This document shows, piece after piece, positions 1 to 8,757 of a stretch of 37,564 nt of DNA. This DNA is from a virus. Its lineage: Duplodnaviria > Heunggongvirae > Uroviricota > Caudoviricetes. Each line of letters opens with the position of its first letter. Position 1 is the first letter of the stretch. The translations under genes were made by a program, and so were the position numbers. The stretch is from positions 1-37,564 of IMG/VR virus record IMGVR_UViG_2684622670_000021; one strand, written 5' to 3'. The notes below the pieces were generated by a model. That model worked only from the letters and a program-made list of their open reading frames with translations, made no database searches and was not told the DNA's origin.

Positions 1-1164
1 TTACACATCATTAGTACCTTCCTTATTTTTTGACTGGGACAAATTTGGGACCGATGGGTTCAGGATCGAGTCTATTTGCCGTGCGTGTTCGGTAAGGTGA
101 TTAGGTGCAAGGTGAGCATATCGACGAACCATTTCGATAGACTCCCAGCCTCCCATTTCCTGTAACACTGACAACGGGACTCCGGCTTGAACCAGCCAAC
201 TTGCCCAGGTGTGTCTCAAGTCGTGAAATCTGAAATCATCAATACCAGCCCGTCTCAGCGCCGCTTTCCAGGCTGTGTTTGCGTCATACCGCATCTTCCT
301 GACTGTTGGCGCTTTCGTTCCGTCTGGTTTGGTACAGCTTTCCTTGTACACAAATACCCAACGGTGATGATTCCCGATTTGTTTTTTCAATACGCGACAT
401 GCAGTATCATTCAGCGCAACGCCAATTGCGCGGTTTGATTTACTCTCTTCCGGGTTTATCCATGCCACCCGGCGCTGCATATCTATTTGTTGCCATTCAA
501 GGTTGATGATGTTCGAGCGTCTTAGGCCTGTTGCCAGTGCAAATTCAACAACAGACTTTAATGGCTCCGGACATTCATCAATCAGCCTTTGTGCTTCATG
601 GGGCTCCAGCCAGCGGATCCGTTTATTCTTTGGTTGGGGCACTTTAATAATTGGTGCCTTATCCAGCATTTTCCATTCACGCTCTGCGGCTCTTAGTAGG
701 GCCTTTATAAATGAAAGATGCGTAGCCTTCGTTGCAACGGACGCTGGTTTTGGCGTGTATTCTGGAACAGGTTTCCCTTTTTTTCTGCATGCTTCTGCCC
801 TGAGTTTCCAGTTTTCCTCATGACGCCGGTTCGTCATTTTCTGCATTGCTGAATAAATTTTTGATTCAGTAATGTCTCTTAGTTGCATTCCTGCGAAATG
901 TTGAAGCCAGAATCCGATCCGGCTTTTGTCATCGTCCAGTGATTTTTTATGTGCTTTCTCTTCAAGCCACCTGACACACGCTTCCTCGAACGTTATATCA
1001 GGTATTTCACCAAGTTTGCTGACCCGCCATGCTTCAGCCTTTAGCTTGTCATGGAGTTCTGTCGCCTGCCTTTTGTCCTTTGTTCCAAGAGACTGTTTAA
1101 ATCTTTTACCGTTCGGCAATGTGAAACTGGCGTACCATATTTCACCTCTGCGGAAGAGTGACAT
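1..1164 (-). CDS. int: Tyrosine site-specific integrase (P22-like Int)
   Basis: 387-aa ORF with the C-terminal tyrosine-recombinase signature ([15 protein letters not shown]...VRRYAHL); N-terminus [22 protein letters not shown] matches P22-type Int from memory. Sits at the prophage edge with its 3' end at the window start. Confidence 0.9.
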   Translation of the reverse strand: MSLFRRGEIWYASFTLPNGKRFKQSLGTKDKRQATELHDKLKAEAWRVSKLGEIPDITFEEACVRWLEEKAHKKSLDDDKSRIGFWLQHFAGMQLRDITESKIYSAMQKMTNRRHEENWKLRAEACRKKGKPVPEYTPKPASVATKATHLSFIKALLRAAEREWKMLDKAPIIKVPQPKNKRIRWLEPHEAQRLIDECPEPLKSVVEFALATGLRRSNIINLEWQQIDMQRRVAWINPEESKSNRAIGVALNDTACRVLKKQIGNHHRWVFVYKESCTKPDGTKAPTVRKMRYDANTAWKAALRRAGIDDFRFHDLRHTWASWLVQAGVPLSVLQEMGGWESIEMVRRYAHLAPNHLTEHARQIDSILNPSVPNLSQSKNKEGTNDV

Positions 1165-1391
1165 TTTCTTTCCTCTGTTATGCCATCACCCGCGCTCACC
1201 TGGACAGTATGCAGCGGAGACTGAAGAGCCGCAATGCAGGCTTGTCGTGTTGTGAGGTAAGGAGATTTATTCTTAGTGGGATCTTTGCGTGTTGCCTGAA
1301 GACGCCCTGTGCGTATCCAGTTAATGGCAGTCGGTCTGGATATCTTGAGAAAATGACAGGCCTCATCGAGTGTGAGGCTGTATGGCTCCAT
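1041..1391 (-). CDS. xis: Excisionase (Xis)
   Basis: Internal ATG at 1391 shares a TAATG overlap with the stop of the upstream ORF. Product [36 protein letters not shown] is a P22-like Xis DNA-binding fold; 3' end overlaps int as in lambdoid phages. Confidence 0.7.
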   Translation of the reverse strand: MEPYSLTLDEACHFLKISRPTAINWIRTGRLQATRKDPTKNKSPYLTTRQACIAALQSPLHTVQVSAGDGITEERKCHSSAEVKYGTPVSHCRTVKDLNSLLEQRTKGRRQNSMTS

Positions 1392-1696
1392 TATTTCACC
1401 TCTTGCTGTGACATTGTTGAAAAATGGATACCAGCTCGTTGCTGCCAGACGATCCAACCGAGAGTCATATCCCATGCCATGTATTCGTTATCGCCGTTTT
1501 TTGCTCTCCGACGATCTACTAAGTCACCGAAACGCTTTTCCATGAATAATTCATAAGCTTCGCGTTCATCTGGTTCTACTTCCAGAGATAGGAGTGCGAT
1601 TTCATAAGCACGGCGCTCAATATCGTCTCGCACGTCAAGGCTGCTGATACGCTCTTTAATTTCTTTAATCAGTTCTTTGTCGGTAAAAGTGGTCAT
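1391..1696 (-). CDS. Hypothetical early-left protein (101 aa, YfdT-like by size and context)
   Basis: ORF translationally coupled to its neighbours (ATGA/TAATG overlaps); acidic protein-like composition. Homology not verifiable here. Confidence 0.5.
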   Translation of the reverse strand: MTTFTDKELIKEIKERISSLDVRDDIERRAYEIALLSLEVEPDEREAYELFMEKRFGDLVDRRRAKNGDNEYMAWDMTLGWIVWQQRAGIHFSTMSQQEVK

Positions 1697-2058
1697 TATG
1701 CTCCAGCCTCCGGTGCTTTTGGCATTACTGCCCAGTGAGTGATATTGACGTTTTCAAGGTCCCCGACCTGAAATGTCCACTGCCATTCTCCGGTTTCTTT
1801 TTGTCCCCAGGTGTACCAGAGAGAACGCCAGCCAATTAGCCAGCCTTCTCCGTTAGCATCGAATAACAAAACACTTTCATTTGCTGGTGGCAGTTCAGTT
1901 GACACTGGTATTACTTTGTTTTCCTGTGCTGCACATTTAGCTTCAAGCGCATCGAATTTACGCACTAGGTATTCAGCATCTGTTTCATTTACTTTCAGAT
2001 CTCGCGGTACACATCTCCCACGAAGAAACCCTTCCATTTCGAAAACATTCATGCGCAT
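1696..2058 (-). CDS. Hypothetical early-left protein (120 aa, YfdS-like by size and context)
   Basis: ORF in the leftward operon; stop overlaps the start of the downstream gene. Confidence 0.5.
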   Translation of the reverse strand: MRMNVFEMEGFLRGRCVPRDLKVNETDAEYLVRKFDALEAKCAAQENKVIPVSTELPPANESVLLFDANGEGWLIGWRSLWYTWGQKETGEWQWTFQVGDLENVNITHWAVMPKAPEAGA

Positions 2059-2585
2059 TTGCGTAACTCCGATAACTCGTTAAAGCGTTCCATAAACATC
2101 CCGTAGGCATGGCCCGGAGCCAGTGGAATCACGTTGAACATCTCTGTTGCCGGGATACCTTCCAGTACAGGCCAGAAAGAGCCATCATCAAGCCCGAGAT
2201 CGCGGCGTTCGGTTGCCAGCATGATGAGATCGGCATATTTCACGGGCGTACTCATAACTGGGGGTAACCCGTATTTCTCACGGATTACGGCGTCTATTTT
2301 TTCTTCCATTTGTTTATAGTCAGGAAGAAGGCGTTTCAGTGGTGCGGGAATGTCCTGGCAATACGCTTCTGTTGCATCATGCATTAACGCTTCAAAAGCA
2401 AATTCCTGCGGCACCAGCTGGCTGCAAAGAACCGCATGTTGGGCGACGCTGTAGAAGTGCGAAAGATGACCGGCAAAGCGACAGATATTTGAAAGGGAAA
2501 CCGCGATATCGTTAATATCGATGTCGTCTTTATTTATCCTGTCATAATAAAAATGCTTCCCGGAAAAAGTTTTAATAAATGACAT
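2049..2585 (-). CDS. HD-domain phosphohydrolase (YfdR-like 5'-deoxynucleotidase)
   Basis: H...HD...E motif (AQHAVLCSQL...LMHDATEAY). Start placed at the ATG preceded by GGAGAA rather than the upstream ATG at 2612. 178 aa, matching CPS-53 YfdR from memory. Confidence 0.6.
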   Translation of the reverse strand: MSFIKTFSGKHFYYDRINKDDIDINDIAVSLSNICRFAGHLSHFYSVAQHAVLCSQLVPQEFAFEALMHDATEAYCQDIPAPLKRLLPDYKQMEEKIDAVIREKYGLPPVMSTPVKYADLIMLATERRDLGLDDGSFWPVLEGIPATEMFNVIPLAPGHAYGMFMERFNELSELRKCA

Positions 2586-2712
2586 TTTGTTCTCCACGTA
2601 TATGCGCTGCACCGCGCTGAATTCTGGTAAAAAGAATCCCTCACCATCCGGCGATTATTGAGTAAATTACGTTTCCATAAATGCCCCCGCAGGGGCATTT
2701 GCAGTAATGAAA

Positions 2713-3537
2713 TCAGGCGGTGAAAGTACCAATAAATGTTTCTACTTTGCTGTCCTTGAATTTCTCAACAAGCAGATCACGAAATTCGTTAGCCATTTCT
2801 TCCTGCACCGCCTCCAGCTGAATAATGCGTAGAACCAGTACAGGACGATCGCCAGTGATAATACTGAGGCGTAATTTAAACGGACGTTCTTTCAGACCTT
2901 CAAACGGAACGCATTTAAATTCAAATGCCACTGGCATAATGTCTTTGGTCTTCGCTTCGACAGACTCCATCAGGGAGCGTTTGCCGCTGAAGTCATTATC
3001 TTCAAAATCAGCGGTCTGGTTTGCTTCAATCGTGATTTTACGGACAGCCGCAGCCGCTTTTGTTGCCTGAATAGCGTCACCATTAGCATCAAAGCCCACA
3101 AGATAGTCGGCCCAGTCTTCAATCCATTCTGCCAGTGACTTCTGGGAGTTACGCTCGCCGTTAACAGACAACAGAGCAGAGAACGGTGCTGTCTTTTTCA
3201 GTTTGAGTGTGGCGGTGTTATCTGCGTGACCTGGTTCATCAATAGTACCCAGGTTAAGCACACTGACGGCACGCATATTATCAGCATCGATAAAGCAGCG
3301 GGTGCCTTCATCTGCAAGATCTTTAGAATAACGGGTAAAGTCATCGATGCTGGCAGTGGAAAGCGCACCACGGAAACGGAAGCGATTTAAATTAAATTTT
3401 TCCAGATCATGAATGCGGAAATTCTCAGGCAATGCCACAGCATCGGCACCAATCTTACTGATAATTTCATTAACACCCTGAGCAGAAATAAGGGCATGGA
3501 TTTGATTAATTGCGGTTGCGTCTAAGTTCTGAGACAT
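2713..3537 (-). CDS. DUF2303/YfdQ-like prophage protein
   Basis: 274-aa ORF in the leftward early operon; size and sequence character recall the YfdQ family of CPS-53-type prophages. Function unknown. Confidence 0.55.
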   Translation of the reverse strand: MSQNLDATAINQIHALISAQGVNEIISKIGADAVALPENFRIHDLEKFNLNRFRFRGALSTASIDDFTRYSKDLADEGTRCFIDADNMRAVSVLNLGTIDEPGHADNTATLKLKKTAPFSALLSVNGERNSQKSLAEWIEDWADYLVGFDANGDAIQATKAAAAVRKITIEANQTADFEDNDFSGKRSLMESVEAKTKDIMPVAFEFKCVPFEGLKERPFKLRLSIITGDRPVLVLRIIQLEAVQEEMANEFRDLLVEKFKDSKVETFIGTFTA

Positions 3538-3602
3538 AATAAGTCCTCACTATATAAAGATATTCAGTGATGAGATAAATAATCAGTTAATTAAAAACGA
3601 TA

Positions 3603-3965
3603 TTAACGACCTGCTGCGCGGAGTTTTCCGTCAGGTTCACCGGCAAGAGTCAGTAACTGTCCCTGGTCTTCCTGCAGAATAGTCAGGCGACCACCGCGAT
3701 TGACATACATCGGCGTTTCGGTGGTGTCTTCTTCGGAAATTTTCCCGCGGTTAGTCGGGCGAACATATGAGAGTTTGTGTTTGATTTTCACTCGGTTCTC
3801 ATCAAACGGTTCGATTTCCAGGTTGAGCGAGACCTTACCTTTGGTTTTCGTGTTCATCACACCTGAAGCGACTTCACTGAGAACTGCGCCGATTTTGGTT
3901 TCAAATACGCCGCCGTCCAGCTCCCCGATAAATGCCTGCACATCAGTACTGCGTTCGCTAGCCAT
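3603..3965 (-). CDS. Hypothetical early-left protein (120 aa)
   Basis: Start chosen at the ATG preceded by AGGAG (MASERSTDVQAF...). The longer 226-aa ORF extends into GC-rich sequence that does not look protein-coding. Confidence 0.5.
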   Translation of the reverse strand: MASERSTDVQAFIGELDGGVFETKIGAVLSEVASGVMNTKTKGKVSLNLEIEPFDENRVKIKHKLSYVRPTNRGKISEEDTTETPMYVNRGGRLTILQEDQGQLLTLAGEPDGKLRAAGR

Positions 3966-4433
3966 TTTGCTGCTCCTCATCATATCGACCCTGCAAGGTC
4001 GGTTAGTTTCTCCACAAAACAGAGAAGAACACCTGCGGTGACTGCCGCCCGGATGGATTGGGTTATGAGCCCGTCGTCCGGTGATGCTCTTCTCTGTTTT
4101 GTAAAAAGGACGGTACCAGCCGGAAGCAAGGGTACAAGCTGGTACCGCCAAGACTACACACAGCATAAAGTTGTGGTGCCGGGTGCCTCCCGGTGCCTGG
4201 CGAAGGTTGCACACCAGGCGGGTGGGTATCCACAGAAGGTCGACTGTCAGCCTCAACCTTAACCCGCGTGCGCTGAGCCGCATTCACCACAACGCTAAGG
4301 ATTCTCTCTGGTTGAAAATACTTAGCTGTTATGTGCCTGCTTTTAGCCACATCAGGCGAGGTGGACCTAGTTATTCCCCAACAACAAGGATTCGGTTAAT
4401 CTGGTTATCCCCAACAACGCAAAAGGAAAAGAA

Positions 4434-4868
4434 ATGTCCGGTAATATCTATACGCTGTACAAATCCCACTGTGAAAATGTTGGAAAGTATCGGGGCATTG
4501 AAATCAGTGGGGTAGTGTCATCAGTCGAAATAAGCAAAGTTGAATCAAGGGCAACATTACTTACTCTTTTGGACCTTGTCTTACATGAGTACCGGAAGAA
4601 ATTCGGCACTCCCTATAATCAGTTGAATGGGAAAAAGGCTCTGGTTCACCTTATTCTGATGAAGCATCACTGGATGCCAAAACAGATTAATGAGATGAAA
4701 TTTGATGAACTTCTTCTTTCAATTCAGGATGAACTCACACTTGATAAAATAAGCGTAACCGCCCAGAAATTTTTAGATTATCGAGACTGGAGATCACAAA
4801 TTCATCACTTTGATGATTTTGACGAAAATGAATGGGATCCTAATTTGTCTGCACAATATCTAAAGTAA
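4434..4868 (+). CDS. Hypothetical protein (144 aa), rightward moron within the leftward early operon
   Basis: Strong SD (AAAAGGAAAAGAA then ATG); AT-rich relative to neighbours; opposite orientation to surrounding pL-operon genes; two 15-bp direct repeats immediately upstream. Confidence 0.5.
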   Translation: MSGNIYTLYKSHCENVGKYRGIEISGVVSSVEISKVESRATLLTLLDLVLHEYRKKFGTPYNQLNGKKALVHLILMKHHWMPKQINEMKFDELLLSIQDELTLDKISVTAQKFLDYRDWRSQIHHFDDFDENEWDPNLSAQYLK

Positions 4869-5046
4869 CATCCTGTGATAAAACCGTGATTTCCTGATCC
4901 AGTTTTTTTAAGGAGTCTATTGTTTCCTGTCGATAAGACAGCACTTCACGAAGCTGGTTTATAGCTGCCAGCTTCTTTGTCATCCACTCATAAATTTCCT
5001 CATCTGTGTAGCCAGGCGCGACGATTTTGGGTTCTGTTTTGTGCAT
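4840..5046 (-). CDS. Hypothetical small protein (68 aa), first ORF downstream of pL
   Basis: ATG preceded by AGGAG; 3' end overlaps the convergent 144-aa gene by 29 bp. Not arginine-rich, so not obviously an N-type antiterminator. Confidence 0.4.
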   Translation of the reverse strand: MHKTEPKIVAPGYTDEEIYEWMTKKLAAINQLREVLSYRQETIDSLKKLDQEITVLSQDVTLDIVQTN

Positions 5047-5105
5047 TTCACATCTCCTCAAGTTATCAGTTACTTGTTGATGGGGACCAGATTGTTAAAG
5101 AGCTA

Positions 5106-5131
5106 AGCGTCCTGTAGGGCGCTTTTTTGTT
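5106..5131 (+). terminator. Intrinsic terminator (7-bp GC stem, tetraloop, T5 tract)
   Basis: AGCGTCC-TGTA-GGGCGCT followed by TTTTTTG on the + strand; no T tract on the complementary strand. Confidence 0.5.
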
Positions 5132-5294
5132 GCTAACGAATCATCCTGGACTTCATATGCCCCAGGCGGCTACTTCGTGGGCGTCCTGCCTGTTCGTTTT
5201 TGACATTTACTGACTGCTTACGACACATGCACCGTGTTGCAACCAGATTTTGTTGTAATCCTGTAGTTGGTCTGGAACAAAAGATAAAATTAAA

Positions 5295-5331
5295 TTGCGA
5301 TATATGCAAGTGATGTTTGCGAAATATGCAA
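5295..5331. promoter_or_regulatory. OL operator region: two 15-bp sites TTGCGATATATGCAA and TTGCGAAATATGCAA
   Basis: Two near-identical imperfect palindromes (TTGCG-N5-TGCAA) 22 bp centre to centre, left of cI where pL/OL is expected; the same motif recurs in the cI-cro intergenic region. Confidence 0.5.
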
Positions 5332-5340
5332 ATTTATAGG

Positions 5341-5365
5341 TAATAAAAAGCCACCTTTCGGTGGC
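5341..5365 (-). terminator. Intrinsic terminator downstream of cI
   Basis: Hairpin GCCACC-TTTC-GGTGGC followed on the minus strand by CTTTTTATTA, about 20 bp after the cI stop. Confidence 0.5.
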
Positions 5366-5385
5366 CGATGGATGGGATATTGAGG

Positions 5386-6078
5386 TTAATTATGTCTCTT
5401 AAGGGTTTGCGACTGACTGATTAAGACCTTTCCAAAGACCATGAATCGGTGTTCGTTTTCGCTAGTAATTCCCCATTCACGGTAAATCTGGTTATCAGAA
5501 ATCACCAGCAGTTTGTCAGGAATCATTTGAAGTCTTTTAACGTATATTTTGTCATCAAAACCAAAGACATATATACCATCACCATCAAACTGATTGATGC
5601 TGACATCAACGAAGATGAGATCTCCTGGCTCAATGGTTGGACACATACTGTCCCCACGAACGTTGATAACTTTGATGTGATTGGCTGGTCGTCCGCCGAA
5701 CATTGATACAGCATTATCAGTTCTGTATTCGATGGCATGAATCACATCAATGACATCACCGCCCTGGATAAGGCCATTTCCCGCACTGGCACTGATATCC
5801 AGCATTTCAATACGGAACACATCCTTCACCTGCGCAACATCCTCATTATTACTGTTTTTATATACAGTATTACTTTTGTGGGCAGAGGTAAAGAGATCAG
5901 CAATATCAACACCTAAGCTCTTGGCAATATTACTCAGTGTTTGTTCGGTAAATTGTTTTTGCTTACCCGTTTCTAAGCGCGAGATGTTCGCCGCATCTAC
6001 TCCTATTGCTTCAGCGAGATCGGCGATTTTCATGTTCTTCGCTTGGCGAAGTTGTCTGACTCGGTTTCCTATGTTCAT
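5386..6078 (-). CDS. cI: Prophage repressor cI (HTH plus S24 LexA-like peptidase domain)
   Basis: N-terminal XRE-type HTH (QLRQAKNMKIADLAEAIGVDAANISRLETGK); C-terminal S24 motifs (Ala-Gly site in SASAGNG, catalytic Ser in GDSMCPTIEPGDLIFVD, downstream Lys); divergent from cro. Confidence 0.9.
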   Translation of the reverse strand: MNIGNRVRQLRQAKNMKIADLAEAIGVDAANISRLETGKQKQFTEQTLSNIAKSLGVDIADLFTSAHKSNTVYKNSNNEDVAQVKDVFRIEMLDISASAGNGLIQGGDVIDVIHAIEYRTDNAVSMFGGRPANHIKVINVRGDSMCPTIEPGDLIFVDVSINQFDGDGIYVFGFDDKIYVKRLQMIPDKLLVISDNQIYREWGITSENEHRFMVFGKVLISQSQTLKRHN

Positions 6079-6098
6079 GCGTTTATTACATTTCTTTA

Positions 6099-6165
6099 TT
6101 GCGTGATAAGCAAATCAACTTGCGCAAAATAATTGCGTGAAATAACATGCATAACGCGCAATATT
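6099..6165. promoter_or_regulatory. OR operator / pR-pRM region
   Basis: Contains TTGCGTGATAAGCAA (6099-6113, same motif as OL), the palindrome TTGCGCAA (6120-6127) and further TTGCG/CGCAA half-sites between the divergent cI and cro starts. Confidence 0.5.
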
Positions 6166-6175
6166 TGGAGGGCAT

Positions 6176-6436
6176 ATGCAATCACTATTACGAAATGTGC
6201 GTAAGGCGCATGGTTTCACTTTGCAGCATGTTGCTGCGGGTGTTCAAGTCAATCCAGCGACGTTGAGTCGTATTGAGAGGCTGGAGCAGATTCCATCTAT
6301 CGAGCTTGCAGAACGTTTAGCCAATTTTTTTAAGGGTGAAGTCAGCGAAATGCAGATTCTTTATCCGGCACGTTTTCAATCTAGCCAAAACCAGAATGGG
6401 TTTAAACCACAGGAACAGGAGGTGAACCGTGGGTAA
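6176..6436 (+). CDS. cro: Cro-like HTH regulator
   Basis: 86-aa ORF divergent from cI with SD GGAGG; HTH (FTLQHVAAGVQVNPATLSRIERLEQ). Confidence 0.8.
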   Translation: MQSLLRNVRKAHGFTLQHVAAGVQVNPATLSRIERLEQIPSIELAERLANFFKGEVSEMQILYPARFQSSQNQNGFKPQEQEVNRG

Positions 6437-6980
6437 GCATCACTGGAAAGTAGAAAAACAGCCTGAGTGGTACGTGAAAGCTGTCAGAAAAACTATCGCA
6501 GCGTTGCCGGGGGGGTACGCTGAAGCTGCTGACTGGCTGGATGTAACAGAGAACGCATTATTTAACCGCCTTCGTGCCGATGGCGATCAGATTTTCCCGC
6601 TGGGATGGGCAATGATTTTGCAACGTGCTGGTGGAACTCACTTCATTGCTGACGCTGTGGCGCAGTCTGCAAATGGCGTCTTTGTGTCTCTTCCTGACGT
6701 CGAGGATGTGGACAACGCCGATATTAACCAGCGCCTGCTGGAAGTCATTGAACAGATCGGCAGTTATTCAAAACAGATTCGTTCAGCAATTGAAGACGGT
6801 GTAGTGGAACCGCATGAGAAGACAGCAATTAACGACGAGCTGTACCTCTCAATTTCGAAGCTGCAGGAGCATGCAGCACTGGTCTACAAAATTTTTTGCA
6901 TTTCAGAAAGTAATGACGCCCGCGAGTGTGCAGCTCCGGGCGCCGTGGCGTGTCGTGACTGTGGAGAAACTAACGCATGA
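6429..6980 (+). CDS. CII-like regulatory protein (phage 186 CII / CP76-type), tentative
   Basis: GTG start with AGGAGG SD immediately after cro; position and size fit a CII-type activator. Family assignment is from memory only. Confidence 0.5.
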   Translation: MGKHHWKVEKQPEWYVKAVRKTIAALPGGYAEAADWLDVTENALFNRLRADGDQIFPLGWAMILQRAGGTHFIADAVAQSANGVFVSLPDVEDVDNADINQRLLEVIEQIGSYSKQIRSAIEDGVVEPHEKTAINDELYLSISKLQEHAALVYKIFCISESNDARECAAPGAVACRDCGETNA

Positions 6981-7315
6981 ACAGTTTAACAACACACTAC
7001 CGTCGCTCGCAACTGATTGCGCTTCCTGTACCGGGTGGAAAAGCGAAGGTGGAGTATTGCTATGCAGTAAATGTACCAGGTGACAGGGAAATTGTAACCC
7101 ACAGCTTTGCAGAGTGGGCTGTGGGTGATTTCAACCGGCAGAAGGAGACAGTCCTTTGCGACAAGTTAACCGCTGGTTCAAAGATCACTACGGAGTGCCC
7201 GTCAGAGTCATTCGTTGGGAGCCGGAAACACAACGGGTTATCTACCTCCGCGAAGGCTATGAGCATGAGTGCTTCAGCCCGCTCGAACAGTTTCGTCGTA
7301 AATTCAGGGAAATAG
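6977..7315 (+). CDS. Hypothetical protein, possibly frameshifted
   Basis: ATGA-coupled start. The N-terminal ~60 codons look protein-like but the C-terminal half is low-complexity, while an overlapping frame (7156-7335) encodes a protein-like peptide ending at the next gene's start. Confidence 0.35.
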   Translation: MNSLTTHYRRSQLIALPVPGGKAKVEYCYAVNVPGDREIVTHSFAEWAVGDFNRQKETVLCDKLTAGSKITTECPSESFVGSRKHNGLSTSAKAMSMSASARSNSFVVNSGK

Positions 7316-7324
7316 AGGTCGGTC

Positions 7325-8266
7325 ATGAGCACTAAATTAACCGGCTATGTATGGGATGGTTGCGCTGCATCAGGCATGAAATTATCCAGCGTGGCAATTA
7401 TGGCCCGCCTGGCTGATTTCAGTAATGACGAAGGTGTGTGCTGGCCATCAATTGAAACCATTGCCCGCCAGATTGGCGCGGGGATGAGTACCGTCAGAAC
7501 GGCTATCGCACGGCTGGAAGCAGAAGGCTGGTTAACGCGTAAGGCGCGTCGCCAGGGTAACCGCAATGCGTCGAATGTTTATCAGCTTAACGTTGCGAAG
7601 CTTCAGGCAGCGGCATTTTCTCAACTGTCAGATTCTGACCCGTCAAAATCTGACGCATCAAAATCTGACCCGTCAAAATTTGATGCGTCGAAATCTGGCA
7701 AAAAAGCGGGTTTTCACCCGTCAGAATCTGGCGGGGATCCGTCAGTAAAATCAAAACATGATCCGTCAGATAAAAAAACTTCTCGTCCGGACGCTTCGCA
7801 ACCGGACACGCAGACGGATGAACAGGATTTTTTAACTCGCCATCCTGATGCGGTTGTATTCAGCCCTAAAAAGCGCCAGTGGGGAACGCAGGATGATTTG
7901 ACCTGCGCACAGTGGCTCTGGAAAAAAATCATCGCCCTGTACGAGCAGGCCGCCGAATGTGACGGCGAGGTGGTTCGTCCCAAAGAACCGAACTGGACAG
8001 CCTGGGCAAACGAAATTCGCCTGATGTGTGTGCAGGATGGTCGTACTCACAAACAAATCTGCGAGATGTACAGCCGCGTCAGCCGCGATCCGTTCTGGTG
8101 CCGTAACGTGCTCAGCCCGTCGAAGCTGCGGGAAAAATGGGATGAGCTTTCCCTGCGCTTATCGCCGTCCGTAAGCACGTACACCGAAAAACGCGAAGAC
8201 CCGTACTTCAAATCCAGTTACGACAACGTGGACTACAGCCAGATCCCGGCAGGATTCAGGGGGTGA
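7325..8266 (+). CDS. Replication initiation protein (O-like) containing the iteron array
   Basis: 313-aa ORF with an N-terminal winged-helix-like segment, internal iterons encoding SDSDPSKSDASKSDPSKFDASKS, and a C-terminal domain; position corresponds to lambda O. Confidence 0.65.
   Translation: MSTKLTGYVWDGCAASGMKLSSVAIMARLADFSNDEGVCWPSIETIARQIGAGMSTVRTAIARLEAEGWLTRKARRQGNRNASNVYQLNVAKLQAAAFSQLSDSDPSKSDASKSDPSKFDASKSGKKAGFHPSESGGDPSVKSKHDPSDKKTSRPDASQPDTQTDEQDFLTRHPDAVVFSPKKRQWGTQDDLTCAQWLWKKIIALYEQAAECDGEVVRPKEPNWTAWANEIRLMCVQDGRTHKQICEMYSRVSRDPFWCRNVLSPSKLREKWDELSLRLSPSVSTYTEKREDPYFKSSYDNVDYSQIPAGFRG
7626..7731. repeat. Iteron array (candidate replication origin) inside the O-like gene
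   Basis: At least six tandem copies of a ~14-bp unit CCGTCA(A/G)AATCTG(A/G), followed by an A/T-rich stretch at 7745-7785; the same layout as lambda ori within O. Confidence 0.55.
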
Positions 8267-8757
8267 TCATGAGTCTGTTAAATGACGTTCAGAAATTCAT
8301 TGAAGCCCATCCGGGGTGTACTTCCGGAGACATTGCGGATGCTTTTGCTGGTTACTCACGGCAGCGCGTTCTGCAGTCAGCAAGCAAGTTACGTCAGAGT
8401 GGGCGTGTGGCTCACCGTTGTGAAGGGGATACACGCAGACATTTCCCGCGCCTGACTGAGAGAGCGCAGGAGCCGGAACCACAACCAGTTCGTGAAACCA
8501 GACCTGCGCGCAATTTCTATGTCGGCACTAACGATCCCCGGGTGATTTTGTGCCTGACCCGCCAGGCGGAAGAACTGGAGTCAAGGGGCTTATACCGTCG
8601 TGCTGCAACCGTGTGGATGGCGGCATTCCGTGAAAGCCACTCCCAGCCAGAACGAAACAATTTTCTGGCGCGTCGTGAGCGGTGCTTACGGAAAAGCAGC
8701 AAGCGCGCTGCATCGGGTGAAGAGTGGTATCTGTCAGGGAATTACGTGGGGGCTTAA
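8263..8757 (+). CDS. Hypothetical protein (164 aa), possibly regulatory (PerC-like C-terminal segment)
   Basis: ATGA-coupled to the O-like gene; C-terminal AEELESRGLYRRAATVWMAAF resembles PerC-type regulators. Low confidence. Confidence 0.45.
   Translation: MIMSLLNDVQKFIEAHPGCTSGDIADAFAGYSRQRVLQSASKLRQSGRVAHRCEGDTRRHFPRLTERAQEPEPQPVRETRPARNFYVGTNDPRVILCLTRQAEELESRGLYRRAATVWMAAFRESHSQPERNNFLARRERCLRKSSKRAASGEEWYLSGNYVGA

Noticed and set aside
4038-4515. Three overlapping ORFs (4038-4262 +, 4063-4350 -, 4171-4515 +) and the 5' extension of ORF 3603-4283
   Set aside because: Translations are Pro/Arg/Gly-rich with no start context and lie in GC-rich sequence full of inverted repeats; treated as non-coding structured DNA.
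5449-6106. ORFs 5449-5706 (+), 5523-5738 (-) and 5750-6106 (+) overlapping cI
   Set aside because: They overlap the well-supported repressor gene in other frames or on the other strand and have no independent support.
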